From Tubiluchus corallicola (Eukaryota; Animalia; Priapulida): a stretch of DNA of 64,000 bases. A program made the translations under genes and the position numbers. The notes under the pieces are model-generated. The model worked only from the letters and a program-made list of their open reading frames with translations. It was not told the DNA's origin and did no database searches. Numbering within the stretch: position 1 is the stretch's first letter; the number at the start of each line of letters is the position of its first letter. This document shows, one piece after another, positions 37,101-52,100 of this stretch. The stretch is from the NCBI GenBank assembly GCA_030141605.1, contig JAQGDQ010000092.1:62001-126000 (forward strand), in the 5' to 3' direction.

Positions 37101-40100
37101 TAGGGAGGTGTAGTGTAGTGTAGTGTAGTCTAATTGTCTGTATAAGTTGTACACATAGTAGATTTACATGTACAGAATTAGCATCTGTAGTTTGTATTAT
37201 GCATTCTAGATACATGAGACTTTGTTGGTAATGGCTGGATAACAGATCTGTATTAATGGCCTCCAACTTCATTTCCCCGGCAGACATACTTATAGTAACA
37301 TGTAGGCAGTCAGGTAGTTCTGAAAATTTTGAGGTAAGTGTCCACTCATGATTCAACAATATAGCAAGTTGATGGGCGGTGTTGACCTTATGGGTCAAAA
37401 GAAGACAAGCTACGAAGTAGACAGAAAGTCACTCATCAAATATTATCTTTTCATTAGCCTTTGATTTACTTGACATTGCCATAAACAATACATGCATTGT
37501 ATACAATGATCTACTAGCTGAAGTCAATCCAGCAAAAAACGGAAGCATAAGACCACTAGACTTCAAAAGAATTTTAGCTAAAGAGCTTATTGGCAAATAC
37601 ACATATCGCAAAGGAACAGCGCCAACAACTGTCACAAGAAGCATGACTGTTATTCCAGCTGAACATATGATGGTAAAAGCTGAGCAAAGGAAGAGATGTG
37701 TGCCGTGTGCCAAAGTAAAAGTGGAAAACCGTACATTGAGCATGTGCAACATTAATTTTGTAAACTACATTTTTGCTTTACTTCTACTAGAAATTGCTTT
37801 TCAAAATGTCACAGTAGATAAAACTGAGCTATTTGATTGTTGATAATTACAGAAATGCTGTGTCTAAATATATAGTTAGCTTCAAGTAACATATGCTTAG
37901 TGCAAACTAAGTATCATTGCAACTTCACCATTGAGGACCATTGGGACACGTGTCCCAGGTTGTAACTATAAATTACCAAAGTGCAAGTAAAAACAATATT
38001 GATATTTCGCACAGGGATAACAAAAGCAACCAGAAACTTAAGAGTTTTCGTAAAAGTTGTAACTTAGTAACTTGTGGTCCTCAAAGGGTTAAATAAATTT
38101 AATTTGTTTGTTAGGGTGGGGAACATTTCCAGAAAACGTATTACAAGCATACTAACTTAATGATTATAATACAACTTTTTTAAATAAGATACACATTTTG
38201 AGGCTGTTTCCTTTTGGTGCAATAACAGTCCTTTTAGTTTCTATCTTTTTATCTTATGTATTCACTTCAGTTAACATTTCGTAACAACATAATAAGGCAA
38301 ATAAATTTCAACATTAAGTAATGAGTGTTTTTCATTAACATTTCATATTATATGCATAACATAATGTAACATTGCACAACATAATATAACGTTATTTTAT
38401 AGAAACATGGCTTAATTGAACAAGAATACATCTAACACACAATTGTCCTGGAAGACATTACTGTATTCCAGCATGTTTTGCTGTACACTATAGGTTACTT
38501 CTTGCATATAATTTCTCTTTTTCTTTATAAAAATGGCAGCAGTTGTTGTGATAAGTACATTTAGCCAAGAGTTTCTGGAATGCCACAGCTTTACCTTGTC
38601 TGGTGGGTGTTCATAAATAACGAGTTTACATGTGGTGGGAGGAAGTTAACCATGTAATTACTGTTAATTATTGGTAACACATTCGTTCTGATTTTGGATG
38701 TGCATACTCATTTTAAAATTTTTATGTTTTTTTTGAATGTGTTGTGTTTTGGTGGCACTAATAACCCGTCTGATTTGTCTACTCTGCTTTTGAGTTTAGT
38801 TTGTATTGGGTAATTAAAATTTAAATCAATTGATAGAGTTATACATGCTTTTAATCATTGTTGAAATGACTGCTGACATTTCTGCAGGAAATTATGATTT
38901 TATTTTAAGCAAACATCACTGATGATTGTTTTCTTTAATTGCATTTCTCTTCTTTCAAAATTGAAACTTAAGCAGCTTACTGCCTTTTACAGGAGTTTGA
39001 TGTTACTCTTTACTTCTGTAGTGTTTAACTTGAGAAATCTAAATTCTTCTGCATTCAGTCAATAGTGGAGCATTTGAACATTCTTTCAGTAGTAGTTTTT
39101 GTTGTACTATTTATATTGCAACAATTAAATTATGAAATTAACATACATGAAGTCTTAACCTAAAGGTGTTTGTAATTCTATACCCTTTGTGCAAACATGT
39201 TTATCTATAGTTTTCTCTAACCGTGAAAGTACCAAGCATGTTAGTGAGCCTGTGCTGCATTGATATACAAATTTTGTTAATTTAATTATTGGACTTTGTT
39301 TGCAAGTTTTTAAAGTAAACATAGCACAGACTCCTAGGTGTTTTAAACTTGCATCACTTTCAGGTTATGTTGCTAGTGCTCGAATTGGCTAATATATTGA
39401 CGAGATTATACCTGATTAAATTGGTGACTGTAACGTGACGCAATGAACGACTGAAAGACCAAACACTTAATAAAGTTTCCTATTTTATGGTGCATATTAG
39501 CAGCCATGACAGCCCGCCATAAACGTCCATTTTTCCAATCTTGAAGAGCAAAGCTAACATCTACGTTGTAAACTGCCAGAGTAATTCAGCCATCTGTCTG
39601 CAACTATATATTAATCCAGCACGTATTGCTGTCAGCAGTTTTCTATTTTTAACTCTTAACATTGTGTCTTTTTGTTGAGAAGCTCCTTTGGACTTGTAAA
39701 TTAGCTTAAAAGAAACAAAAACAAGAGCAGTGTTCGGTCAGATGGTGTATTTGTTAGGGCATTTAATAAGAGCAGGGCCGTGTTAACTCATGAACATGCT
39801 GGGGACTTGCTCCGGGGGCATCACAAGCATAGGGACCACATGCTAATCTATGTATGTGTTTTTCAAGGCTCATGTTATATTGTTGAATTGTTTATGTTGA
39901 TTAATCTTTACTGTACAGCATGTTTTTTTAATGTTTAAACACTGATTTTGTTGGAAGTATCAATAAAGTAAATATACAGTGTGTGTTTAATTTTATCGAC
40001 CATTTAAATTTTTAGTCCTGTGAGTGGTTGTGTAGGTAAGAGCCCAAGTACACTGTTTTGCCCTGGGGGCCTATAATGCTGCTAATACATGCCTGAATGT

Positions 40101-43100
40101 GAGGATGCCTGACATACATATACATGTGTTTGGCTTGTATGCCTTAATTTAGTTAGTTAGCTTTTTAACAATGTTTATGTACCCATGCAAAGAACTGATT
40201 GCAACTATTACTAATTTTTATTTATGTCAGCGATATTACTGTTCAAATTGATGGATAACAGCAGTTAACGTTCCTTTAAGTGGCGATAGGTGGCTTCCAT
40301 GTTTACTTGGATCATATTAGGTCTACCCTGTACCTTCAAAACGAAGAACTATGAGAGATATTTTGTTGAATTTGGTCCCAAAAAAGGCCTTAACTTAGGC
40401 CACAGATTTTTCAGAGCTACAAAGACTGCAAAGCTCTATAGAGCTTGCCTAAACACATAGAACAAACCTGTGCCAATCAGTTAATCATTCGTCTGAGCTG
40501 ATCCTTTTTGATCAAGTTTGTGACCAGCTGATAGGTGTATAAAATTTTGCATATTTTCACTTGATTTTCATTTGTGCAATGGTATAAAAGTGGAATACTG
40601 TTAATTAGCAATACTGTCACAAAGCACTATTTCCGGTATTGTGCCAAAAGAGTCTTGTAAGGATCTATTACGTGAAACCATCATCCTCGTCAGTGCTGTC
40701 GTTTGCGCTTCCTTTGTCGCTACCTCTGTATTCCATACTATTAGTTCTTCTTTTTTATCCATAATTTTTATGACTTTTGATTAATGCTATTCATTTTTGA
40801 TCATTTTGAGACTAATGTAATTGCTTTTTTCTTTTTTCTTGGCATACTTGAGCTTCTTCATACTTCTTAATGCACCATGATGTCTCTTGATGTTAATTAG
40901 TAGGACCGTGAAATGTGCTGACTACCTTTATGTGCTATATAATATTAAGTGTACAAAAAGAAGGAAAAAGGGGCTTAGAAATGCACTATTTTCTCTGTTT
41001 TCAACATTTACAGGTGTCAAGAACCATATAATTTTTTGCAGTTCCTTTGTTTCTTTGTCGAATTTGTTGCTGTTGGCTACAGGTGTTTACCCTAAGGTGG
41101 TATTTAATGCTGCTTCAGGTAGATGCAGAAGAGGTACAGGTTACAGGAGTGCCTGAACTGCTAGCTGATATGGAGCCTACTAAATCGGGGAGTGCATGTT
41201 GGGTAAAATTCGCGCTGATTGAGGTTAGTAAAATTGTTTCATTTTTGCAAGGAGTTGGAATTTGCAGTGTAAAGAGTTTACCATTTTTTATTGGTCTCTT
41301 GAAATTAATGGACTGGCGCATTTTGCAAAAATATTTTGCATATGCAGTGTTTAAAGTGCGCTGGGTCTGTCAGGGTCGCAGACCCGGAATCTAAAATTAT
41401 AGACCCTGCACCTGAAGAAAAGCAATTTATCGCCAGGTTGCAGATTTTGTTTTATCACCTTTTAACTAGCTCTAAGCTTATCTGTAACACATTTTAATAG
41501 TGCAATTTCCATCTCTCAGTCAGCAAAAGTGAACTATAGTCGATAACAATGGGTGCGAGTAGTTTATTGTACTGAGCTGCTGTTACCCCTTCTCGATAAC
41601 ATACATAGTGCAACCCATTTTTCTTGCAAATTTTCAGGAAAAAAGAAAAACATTTCTTGAGAAGTTATGCACAAGAACAATGAGTTATTTCACTTTACCA
41701 TGTAGTCACTTATTTTGCTTTAGACTTGAAAAGTTGGGGGCAACAAAATTTAGCTGTAACTAGTGCACGTTTTTGATTGTGTCAAAAACTGTGGGATGAT
41801 TCTGCTTCTGTGACAGTATTTTTTGTATTTACAAATAAAGATTGTTTGCAAAATAATTAACAACACTGTATGTTGTTAACTATAAGTAAGTACAGTTGTG
41901 TTTGACTCGATTAACAATTTCAATGAAGTCTGAGCTTGTCACTTTTTGACCAGTGACCTGAAGGTCAATGCTCAGCCAAATATGGGTCGATATACCATTA
42001 TATTTGTCTCCTCAAGACCTTTCGTTTGATGTACTACAACCTACTGTTGCTCGACATAGGAGGCATTTGTATCACTGCCATGTAATTTCACTTTTTGTCC
42101 TTTAGTGGGGTTAGTGGTTGACCAGCTAGGCTTAGGGCATACCATTTAATTCGTCTCATCCAGACGTTTCATTTGATGTAGTATAAGACTTTAAAACTGA
42201 AACTTCCATTTTACCTATGACCTCAGGGCCAAGGGTCAACAAATGCAGGCGTGACTTATACCACTCAATTAGCCTCACTATACCTTTCATTTGATGTACT
42301 ACAACCTGTTGCTGCTGGACACTGAAAAGCATTTGTCTGCATGACCCTCAATTTTGGTTTTTGCCCCCTAGCAGGTCCAAGAGTCAACTAATCTGGGCAT
42401 AAATCACCATTCCATTCTGCTCATCAAGACCTTTCATTTGACATACTACGAGCTACTGTTACTTGGCACTGGAAGCATTGGTGTCCCAGCCTTCGATTTC
42501 AGTTTCTGATCCCTGGCAGGGTCAGGGATCAAACAAAATTACTGAAACTTATATCATTCAATTCATATCATCCAGACCTTTCATTTGATATATTACACGA
42601 CACTGTTACTCGACACTGGAATCATTGGTGTCCCCGACACCATCGATTTTGGTGTTTTACCCCCTACCGAAAAATTTTCCCTTATGTAAATGGCTCATAT
42701 TGAGCGTTGCACAGCAACTCAACACCACCTAGCCACATACCAAAAATTGTGATCCTAGTTCAAAAACTGTAGGAGGAGATCCAGCCTAACAAAAAAAAAC
42801 AAGAAACCCTGCCCGCTCTGCAACCTTTGACCCAGAGGTGACGGGTCATTTGTAAATATAAATCCCCCTACCCGGGGAGTGTGTCCTGTGAGTTTTGTGA
42901 GCCTAGCCCTGTGCATGTGCAAGTTATTAAAGAAACAAAACGGCGGAATAATAATAAATAATAATAAAAACCGGGGGTAAATCAAGAAGATTCTGCTGTA
43001 AGCACACTCTTAATTAGTTGGCGTGATTGTCTTTAACAGAAGCATAATTATGTCACCATGTAAATTGGAGCTAGTGCACTTTGTTGTATTTCATTTGCTT

Positions 43101-46100
43101 AGTGATTCCTGACAGTTTAACTGTTTAAATAGGCCAAGACTTATACCGGTAGTGTACAAAAGCTAGCTGATGAAAACTTAATTCACTGATTAAAAATCAA
43201 TTAGTGTTTTTGAATTAAGACCCAGATTTTGTGTCCTTGATGGCAAAAAGAGTTGAAAAACTGTTTACTGAACTGACTTTTTTCAGTCATTACAGGCCTC
43301 AAATGCCTAAAATTGGGGGAAATGCATTGGTTTTTGGTCTTGCTTTGTTCATCATGAGACCTCTTACCTAAACAAATACACTGTAAGCACTGCATACATG
43401 CCATATATATGGCATATATGGTGTGATAGCATCTTTTCAAGATCACTTATAGTTTGCCACTTCAAATCTGAACACAGAAGTTTTTCCATTTTAAGGACAA
43501 CTGAATTTGTTATTACAGTATTTTCTGATTAATATTATTCCTAGCTTATTCTAATTCTTGCAGGAACTCTTCAAAGAAATATTGCACATGATCAGAATAT
43601 CCCAAGGAGGTAGTCAAGGAATGCCACAAACTCTGAACAAAATCCTGGCTTCAAAAGCTTGTCACGGTAAACTATGATTTTGTTTCATGCATCATTTATC
43701 TGTGCACCATTTTATTTTGTCTGCATTTTTCACAAGGACATTCCTGAAAGAGAGCTAAGAGATGTTTGAGAAGTGCTAATTTTTTATCTAGCTCGTTGAT
43801 CTGTTGATTGTTGGTGTTTTCCTGGTTTCTTGGTGATTTATAAGTAAACTTCTTCCTGATGGACTGTGGAAAGAGAACATAGATAAGGTGCTGAGTGTTA
43901 CTGAACACAGGCCACATGGTACACATGTTTTTGTCTGTACATCTTATCTGCCTGTAAAACCAAAAACAAATTGAACAGTATATAAACTCTCTGATAATAA
44001 TTGGGCCACAAGTTTGACTGTCTGTACAAAAACAAAATTCAATAGCTACTGTGACCCACAGGTGTTTTAACATCAGTTCCTTATTTTCGATTGCCTAAGC
44101 CTTCAGCTTGCTTAATTTGGTTGAATCGGTTTGGTTTTATCATGCTGTCTCAGAATTTTGTAGTTATTTTTTTCTATTACATCTGCCGTAAAGTACCAAA
44201 CAAACAGTTTTAGTACATTAATATGTAGAAGGGCCTACTATTCCCATATACATTGGTGGTAGTATTAGTTCCAAAATTGTATATTTGGATTTGAAGTTCG
44301 TAAAATGGGAATCTACTAAATTATTGATAGGATGTGTGCTGGATCTCATCTTTAAAGCAACATGCTTGTATTACGTATGTGCACAAATTGTTTCTGACTT
44401 GCTTGATGTTGTCACCAACTCGCCAGAGCCTAAGCTGCTTATATTCTAGATTTAACTGCTTGCCTTTTTTATTTAGGTTGCAGTCTATTAGTTCAACTTA
44501 TGTAGTTGTTAAGTGGCAATAAGTAAATATTTCCTCTAGTATTTTGTATAAAACATGTGGTGCCAAGTAATGACTGAAAGGCAAGAAAAATTGTACATTA
44601 TTCAGTACAAGTGCGTATTCCAAAAGTTGTTAAATAAGAAGTAAACTTTTTGTATGCAGTTTTTACTTATTAAGGAGTTTTTCCTATTCAGACCCCTTGA
44701 CAATGTACAGTTCTTGCAAGACTTTTTCAATAAGGTCTATCTGTTATTGTGTAAGTAATGGATTCATTCAATTGCTTGCGGTTCAGGAAATATGCTATTT
44801 TCCTTAAAAACCACTCTCGCTTTCAAATGTAAACCTAATTTTTAACAACTCGAAGATGTATTAAAGGAAGACTGGATGACTTTTCATTTACCACCCCATT
44901 TTCAAGTCCGACAAAAAGTATACAATTAACACTGCATGAGCGTTTCTGATAATTAGATAATAGATTAAAACTTAATTAACGGCGGGCGAGCCCAACTATT
45001 GACGACATCACAAATTAGCATAATTTTCAACAGCAAAAATATTCCACGAGCATGTTGCACATGTTTGCAAAAGCTTAAAATTGAAGTACAGTGCTACTGT
45101 AGGATATTCAGTGTGTTGTACTAAACTAAGCAAGTTTTAAGATAAAAATTCAAATTTAAAATTTACTGCTGTACTCCCGCATGAACTGTCGAACGTATGT
45201 AGTTCTTCACAAACTAACACATCTGAACTGAAAGGTGCAGCACCTGTTTTTGTGCAATGCGTTTCCAAAAAGCAGGCACTAGTGCCCGACTAACTAGCAA
45301 ATGGCGAAATTGCATGTAATAGCGAAGAACGTGAACTTGTGTTTGTGTGGTAATTAATTCTTTAACGTAAGTCATTTTTGAAAAAATAGTGCGTTTTCTT
45401 TCAATATTATAAAGAGTAGATTGTTTTGACCTGCAGTTTAAGGATGGGACCGGTTTTGCTTTAGGATTTCAGTCTCCCATGGACATTTTTGTGGTCATTT
45501 TCCATTCTGCTCTCCTCACTTCTCCTCTCCCCTCTTCTTCACCCCTTTCCATTCCTTTCGTCTCCTCTCCTCTCCTCTCCTCTCCTCTCTCCTTTCTTCT
45601 CTTCTCTTCTTTTCTTTTCTCTTTTCTTTTATTTCCTTCCATTTTTTTCTTCACTTACCTTTCCTGCCCTCGCCTTGCCTGTTATTCCTAGTAATTTTTA
45701 TATATGAATGAAAATTGGAGTAATATTGAAATATTAAACTAAAAGCGTGTTTTATAATATTGGGTATGCACTATACGGGTATTTTAATGAAAACAAATTT
45801 TCTGTAAAGTTTCACCGTGAATTGGCAAGTATGTAGTAAGCTACAAGGTTTAATGCCTTATGTCCCAATAACTTTAAAGTAGTAATTTCAGTCAGTATGT
45901 GACTTATGAATTTGCTTGTGATACAATTATTGGTATTTCTCATATATTGAGATCTTGGTTAATGTTCCTGTGATGTGTTATAATTCTACAAAATGTAAAT
46001 AGACCCAGTGGTAGTTCTTTCACTCTTAGCTAAACTTCTCCTTTCTCTTTCTGCGCAGAGTAGCCCCGTTCTTCCCATTCCATTTCGCGCTAGGCTGCTG

Positions 46101-49100
46101 CTTTACGTCGCTTCATTAACTATGTAGGTACGTTATCTCTGTGCGTTCTGGCTTCACTTCAAGCTTGGCTGAGCTGTGAATGGTATTATGTTGATTAGTT
46201 GGACAAATTATTGCTGGGCTACACGTTTGTTTGTGGAACTAAGTAAATAGTGGAAACAGTTATAACTAATGACCTGAGTAAGTATTCGTTTTGTAATCTT
46301 TCCCTTCTACGACGCCAGGCCCATGACGATGCTCACAACTCTTTTAAGCAAAATTTAGAAAGTTTTCGTGCAGTCTGTTCTTTCATAGCAGAATAGCATA
46401 ATTAAAGAGCGTAAAATAATAAAAACAAAGATATTTTTGCTAGAACTAACAATTTGTCGGTTGTAAGAGAAACACAATTTTTTGCAGTACCGCACTTTTT
46501 ATTATGATGTCGCATCTGACATTTGACGTACGTAATTATGAATATGATAGATAAGTCCCTGCCTTCACTAGTCATGGTTGGGCAGTGGTTGAAAATTTTT
46601 GTGGTCATTTGCTTAAAGGAAAACGGAGTGATTTTTCATATCCTTCTGCACTTGAAAGAAGTAGTAAAAAGGTAGGGTAGTACACATAGTGGGGTAGTAG
46701 TGAAGTAGGGTAAAAAGTATACATTTTAACACCTATAATAATGTAGTTCTGATAATTAAATATAGGCTAAAAAAACTTAATTAACTCTCGGTGAATTAGT
46801 GATGACGTCGTAACCGAACATAATTTTCAAGAGCGCAAACATTCCATGAGCGTGTTGCACGTGTTTTTCGAAATCGAAACTTGAAGTACGGTGTACAACC
46901 TTTAGTGTGATACACAAAAATTCAGCAAATGTTAAAAACTCAAGTTTACTGCTGTGTTCAGTCTGTTCATCCATGAGCACTCGAACGTGCGCGCCAAATA
47001 AACACATCTGAACATCCTTTGCGTGCAACTCGTTTCTTTGTTTCAGAAGAAACCATTCGTTGGTTAAATAAATAGTATATTAGACACGACAAAACCGATT
47101 GTGCCAAAAGAGAGTTCATATTGTCGTTCAGCTGTTTTAAGGTAGAGACGACAAGGTCAAAATATTTTCACCATAAAATATTTTGCCGAATGCTCTTGTT
47201 CTGTTTATTGTTACAAAGACTTGCGATGAATCTCAAATCTATTTTCAACAGAGCCAACAGAATATAAATTTGATCATCCTATGGATAAAACTTCGCGTTT
47301 ATTGCATTTTCCATAAATTCGGTTAGGAATGGAAAATTTTCCAGGGGGATGTCGCAGTAAGTCAGATGATACGCATTATGTTTCTGAAGAAGACGAAGGT
47401 TATATCCTTTCTTTGACATTGCAATATTACCTATTCCTGTTGCAATATAATGTTTTGTCCACATGTTTCGTGGCCCGACTAATTCATAGGAAAAGTACTT
47501 TACAGAAGTAGATAAGAACGTACCAATAAAGAGATTGGGGTGGCTATATTTTGTGTTCCGGGTTCGTGATGATGTAATACTGTATCATGACCATATGTAG
47601 TCGCGATCTTTTTTGGAGTACTACAGCCACTTGGACTCGTATCTCAGTTTGTTAGGTTGCAAAATCGTTTTGCTAATTTGGTACTGCTTGATTTGGAACT
47701 AGCACTGTAATTTCTTGCGTTTCAAGGATCGCTTGTTACATTAAACCTCTTTTTGTGGCAGCTTTTGAGTATTTGAGCTCTGACGGCCTTATCCTACTGT
47801 GAGCTTCTCCCCTGGCCTCTCAATGAAAGATGCCCTTATAGTCGTCGTATACTTCCTTGATCAGAATCAGTTGGCTCAATCACCTCGTTGACTCCTTTAG
47901 TATTACCCGCGCTAGTAACAATCAGTGCATGTTTCAAGCTGTTTTAGGAAAAATTCGAGTAATCTTGGATCTTTCTTCATTCATTTTCCAACAGACTGGC
48001 AGTAATAAATAACGAAATGACGACTGGACACGAAATAAAATACTTTGATCGCACAATTAACGATAATTGTAAAGATGATGCTGATATTTTAAATTAGTTG
48101 CCCCATATTTGATATCAGATTTAATATTTTTGCGGAGATCTTGGTTTTTGCTTTGCCGATGTTAAGAACGTGTTCTGTTTAAATCTGATTGTTCATCTTT
48201 TTACCGTTCTAACCTCTGGATCACTTTTAATGCTTAGTACTATTAGAAAATTAAAAGCGACCTACAATTTTGCATTGGCGAAGTTTTTTGCTTATCGTAC
48301 GGGCACCACAGCATCTAGAATATATGCAGAGAATGACTGTAATCATTTTAAAAAGATTTTGCATAAGAATACTTTTAGCTTTCATCAGCGGGTGTTAAAT
48401 TCAAGTAATGAAAACATCGCGCAGTAATGAAGTTTTATTCTTAACAATGGTTTTAACTTTGAATATTTTTGTCTTTTGGGAATATACACTTACTAACTAT
48501 GATTCCATGTGTACGTAATCGTGATGCGTGATCCGGTGATCCGTAATGCGTATGCAATGGTTTGTATTTAAACATGTAGAAGTGTTCCATATGTACGTAA
48601 TGCGTGTTGCGTATTCATTCAAATGTGATCGCTGTCGTCCAAATACGCATCGCGCAGCAATTGCCTAGGTGATTATAGCGAGTTTTCAAGGCTTCCAAAA
48701 ACCATTGCTTGCAATTTTCACGAATACCGTTCAAAAATGTCGGAAAGAGCGCCGTGTGGTTTGTTAATACGCGTAGCGTTTATGGACACATGGAAACGGT
48801 CAATACGCATCACGCATTACGTATCAGAGATCACGCATTGCGCATTTATGTGCACATGGAGTCGTACGTTTAAAATAAATAAATAAATGCTGCTTATATA
48901 AATCCAACTTTTCCCTCCTGCCTCTTATTTGTGAAATTCTTTACTAGAAGTTGGTTTTGGCACTTAAGAAGGAAAATAACAAAGTTATTACTTTCTATTC
49001 CAACCAAACAAGAATCTTATTTTTGGACATATTCTTATTTTCGCATTCTAACTGCGTAATCTTACTTTGACAGATTACCACAGGTCTTGTTTGGTATGAT

Positions 49101-52100
49101 CTGTGTAAAAAATTCTGTAGTTTTTGCTCAGTAGTATACAAATTCTATTTTAAATAATATTTTACCAAAAATTTCGAATGCTTATAGCAGCAAACACAGA
49201 AATTAGTGTGCCAAAACACTGGAAATAAAATAGGTGTGATGCCTTCTTCGTTATTGCTTTTAATCTCATGTGCGATTTAAAAACGGCGGAAATTTTTCTT
49301 ATCTCAAGTTGTCTGCGTGGCTTGTTGGTTTTTTTGAACTAGATAGGATTCGTGTGTATGTGTGTAGAATGCCAGATGCAGAATTCAATTAACAGAGCAA
49401 AAAATGACTTCTAGCAGTAGTAACCTTCAATTTTTTTCGAAAAACGTGCTTTGAAAAAATGCTGTTTTATTACAGCTGGGGGTGAAAAATGTGCCAAGTG
49501 TCAGCTAAACAAGTGGGGGTTTTCATTGCTTTCTGGCAAATGCTGATATTTGGAGGCAGACTAGATGTTAACAAGGATTTCTTTATGCTAGATTTGTTTA
49601 TAATTCCCCCGCTTATAAATTTGGAAATCATTAGTTGTTCTTGAGTGAGTCCTTCAACGCGCTGTCTGTTCAGAGTTCAGGGTAAAACGAATTGTATTTG
49701 AGTGGTGATGACAGTACTGCATTAATCACCATAATTATAATGGTTCTTAGGTGTGATGACAGCAATGTATCACTCTGTGCTGCTCTGTGCAATTCTTTCC
49801 TTGTTGCTTGAATAATTCCAAGTTAATGTCAAATTACGTTTTGAACTCAGAACCTGTGTCTAAACTTCTTGTGAATCCGGACATTCACATGTTACTGATA
49901 TGAGATAGAATGCTATATTAGGCCTAGCTTTTGTATTGCATTTTAAACAAGTGATTGACAAAACTGTATCTCCAGACAAAAAGCTACGTACTGGGAGGAA
50001 ATGTTTTTAATATGACCAGACATCGTATCTAATCTATTATAAACGCGTTTTTTTGGTGACCATCTGGACTTTATTGAGCTTCCGTCCGTCAGCTAATTGT
50101 GACATAATAAACATAATGTACACAATAGGGACCATTAAGTATACCGATCATTAAGTACACAATTTGCAGCGGGTTGGGTAAATCCCGTCTAGAAAAACCG
50201 ATTGATAGAGTTCCCAGGTAACATGCTGAACAAATAACAGATAAGGAAGTGATATCTAGGTAATGCTCCAGTAATTCTTATAGTTCACATAGGTAAAACA
50301 CTGATTTGCTTAACTGATTTGTCGATAGCTGACTATCTGGAAAACTGTTTTTTGTCCGCCACACTTTAGCATTGCCTGTGTGCTGTGATCCGGCTGGCAG
50401 CCTGACGGTGTTGAATTTTCTTAAAAAAAGACTTGGATTTCTTTAGCAGTTAGAAGTACCTGTCAAAAAGGAAGCAGGCCTCTTACGAGTTTCATATTCA
50501 GTGAATGCATCAGTGTACATTTGTACGCACGTGACGGTAGCCCAGTTTGGCAGTAGCCAGCCAGCTCACGTTGATATTTTTAAACTGATGTCTGAACAGT
50601 CGTTCTAACTAGGAACTTACTGATGTTATTGTTGGATTTACCGTGTTTTCTAGCGTAGGGAAGAAAATCTTGTTGCTAACTTGTCTGCTTTAGGGTTTAT
50701 TAATATTTCCTCTGCCACGACGTGATTAGAAAGAACAGGCGAGTGTTTACTTACACAACTGTGCGTATATTGATTTATCACACTTGCATAGTTACTGAAT
50801 TAATATACTAAATAACAACATTTTTACAAGCGTTTTGATGGCGAAAAGGATATTTTCCCGCTAAACCTTGAATCTGCAACTGATCACATTTACGTCTTTA
50901 TAACATGTAAAATGAGTTGATGACAGAGTGAATAAATAATGAAAACACGAAGGAACGAATAACCGGACTCTCTCCACGCATGCTACACACATGAGATATG
51001 ACACAATGTCATGTAAATATTATATATCTTCAAATTATTAATATTCTCATATGTTTTAAGTGTGGCGCAATTTTGCCGTCTGCTTGTTGCTTTAGCACTT
51101 GTGTTATTGTTACGTTGATAAATGCCATCTTTTCATTAGTTTCTTGGCGGCTATTATAACACTGAGAATCTCTCGCGTGTCCTGCATTGAATCTATTCAA
51201 GTAATTGCACCTTGGAAAAGCTCTGACAGTCCGCGAGCATTCTACGTTCCCACAGCTCAAGTGGAAAGAGCGGCTTTCACCAGTCGTACACTACATACAT
51301 TAATTCCGTGCCTAATATTTCCGCTTTCGGAAAGCTCTATAGACATACGTACGCAGTGCCCATATACCTCATACTTACCTCATACACTATTAGTGCACCG
51401 CATGCACTCCTAATTTGAGGAAATAATAGACAACAGGCAATTTATGTGCAAAAGTTATATACCTTTCTGTCGATGACAAATAAAATATATTATTTAGAAT
51501 GTTACATCATAGTGGGCTTACCAACCAATCTTACTACACATCAAGCCTGATCAGTAAATGGGTGGGTTACCCGCCCAAAATACTTCCTCTGGGCGTTATA
51601 TCTGTCATATTGCCTTTAAAACGCCTGTTTACCTCGTTGGGGAAGCATGTATATAAGACACTTCTGACTTTACAGGAGACATCTCTAATCATTAGGTACA
51701 TTCCGGTCGTAGTACAATCATTGCAATAATTATGCCCTGTCCTTTAATACTGGGTGCCTTATTGCAGAGCACCGAAGTGCAAAAAAAGATAAATTTTCGA
51801 AAAATTCTCGAAGAATAAAGGTAGAAAATTGTCCTGTGTTACGCTAGAGCGAGATACTAATTTGCTATAACGTTGGCGAAAAGTACCGATCTATTTCGTT
51901 AGAAATCTAGATGAGAATCAAGAAAGGTGGAAAAAATTGCACAGAAAACGTGTAAAGAATAGGCGGTATTAAAGTGATTTGCGCAGATTCTAAATCTAGT
52001 TGCATATTCTAGACAATCATGCTCCTTGTGCCAGAGCACAACCTAATCGTCACCGTCCAGTGATTTCATAGCACGTAGAAACCACGTCATGGTTGAGCTG

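Noticed and set aside
36811-37398. 195-aa minus-strand ORF with LHYTT repeats
   Set aside because: It is antisense to the piggyBac relic and driven by the (GTAGT)n satellite.
45469-45707. Lys/Arg/Glu-rich and Ser/Pro/Leu-rich ORFs
   Set aside because: They are translations of the low-complexity polypyrimidine tract.
51420-51560. Helitron helicase 3' end (CS..GKP-like) on the minus strand
   Set aside because: Only a few residues match, with stops, and I found no convincing hairpin/CTRR end.
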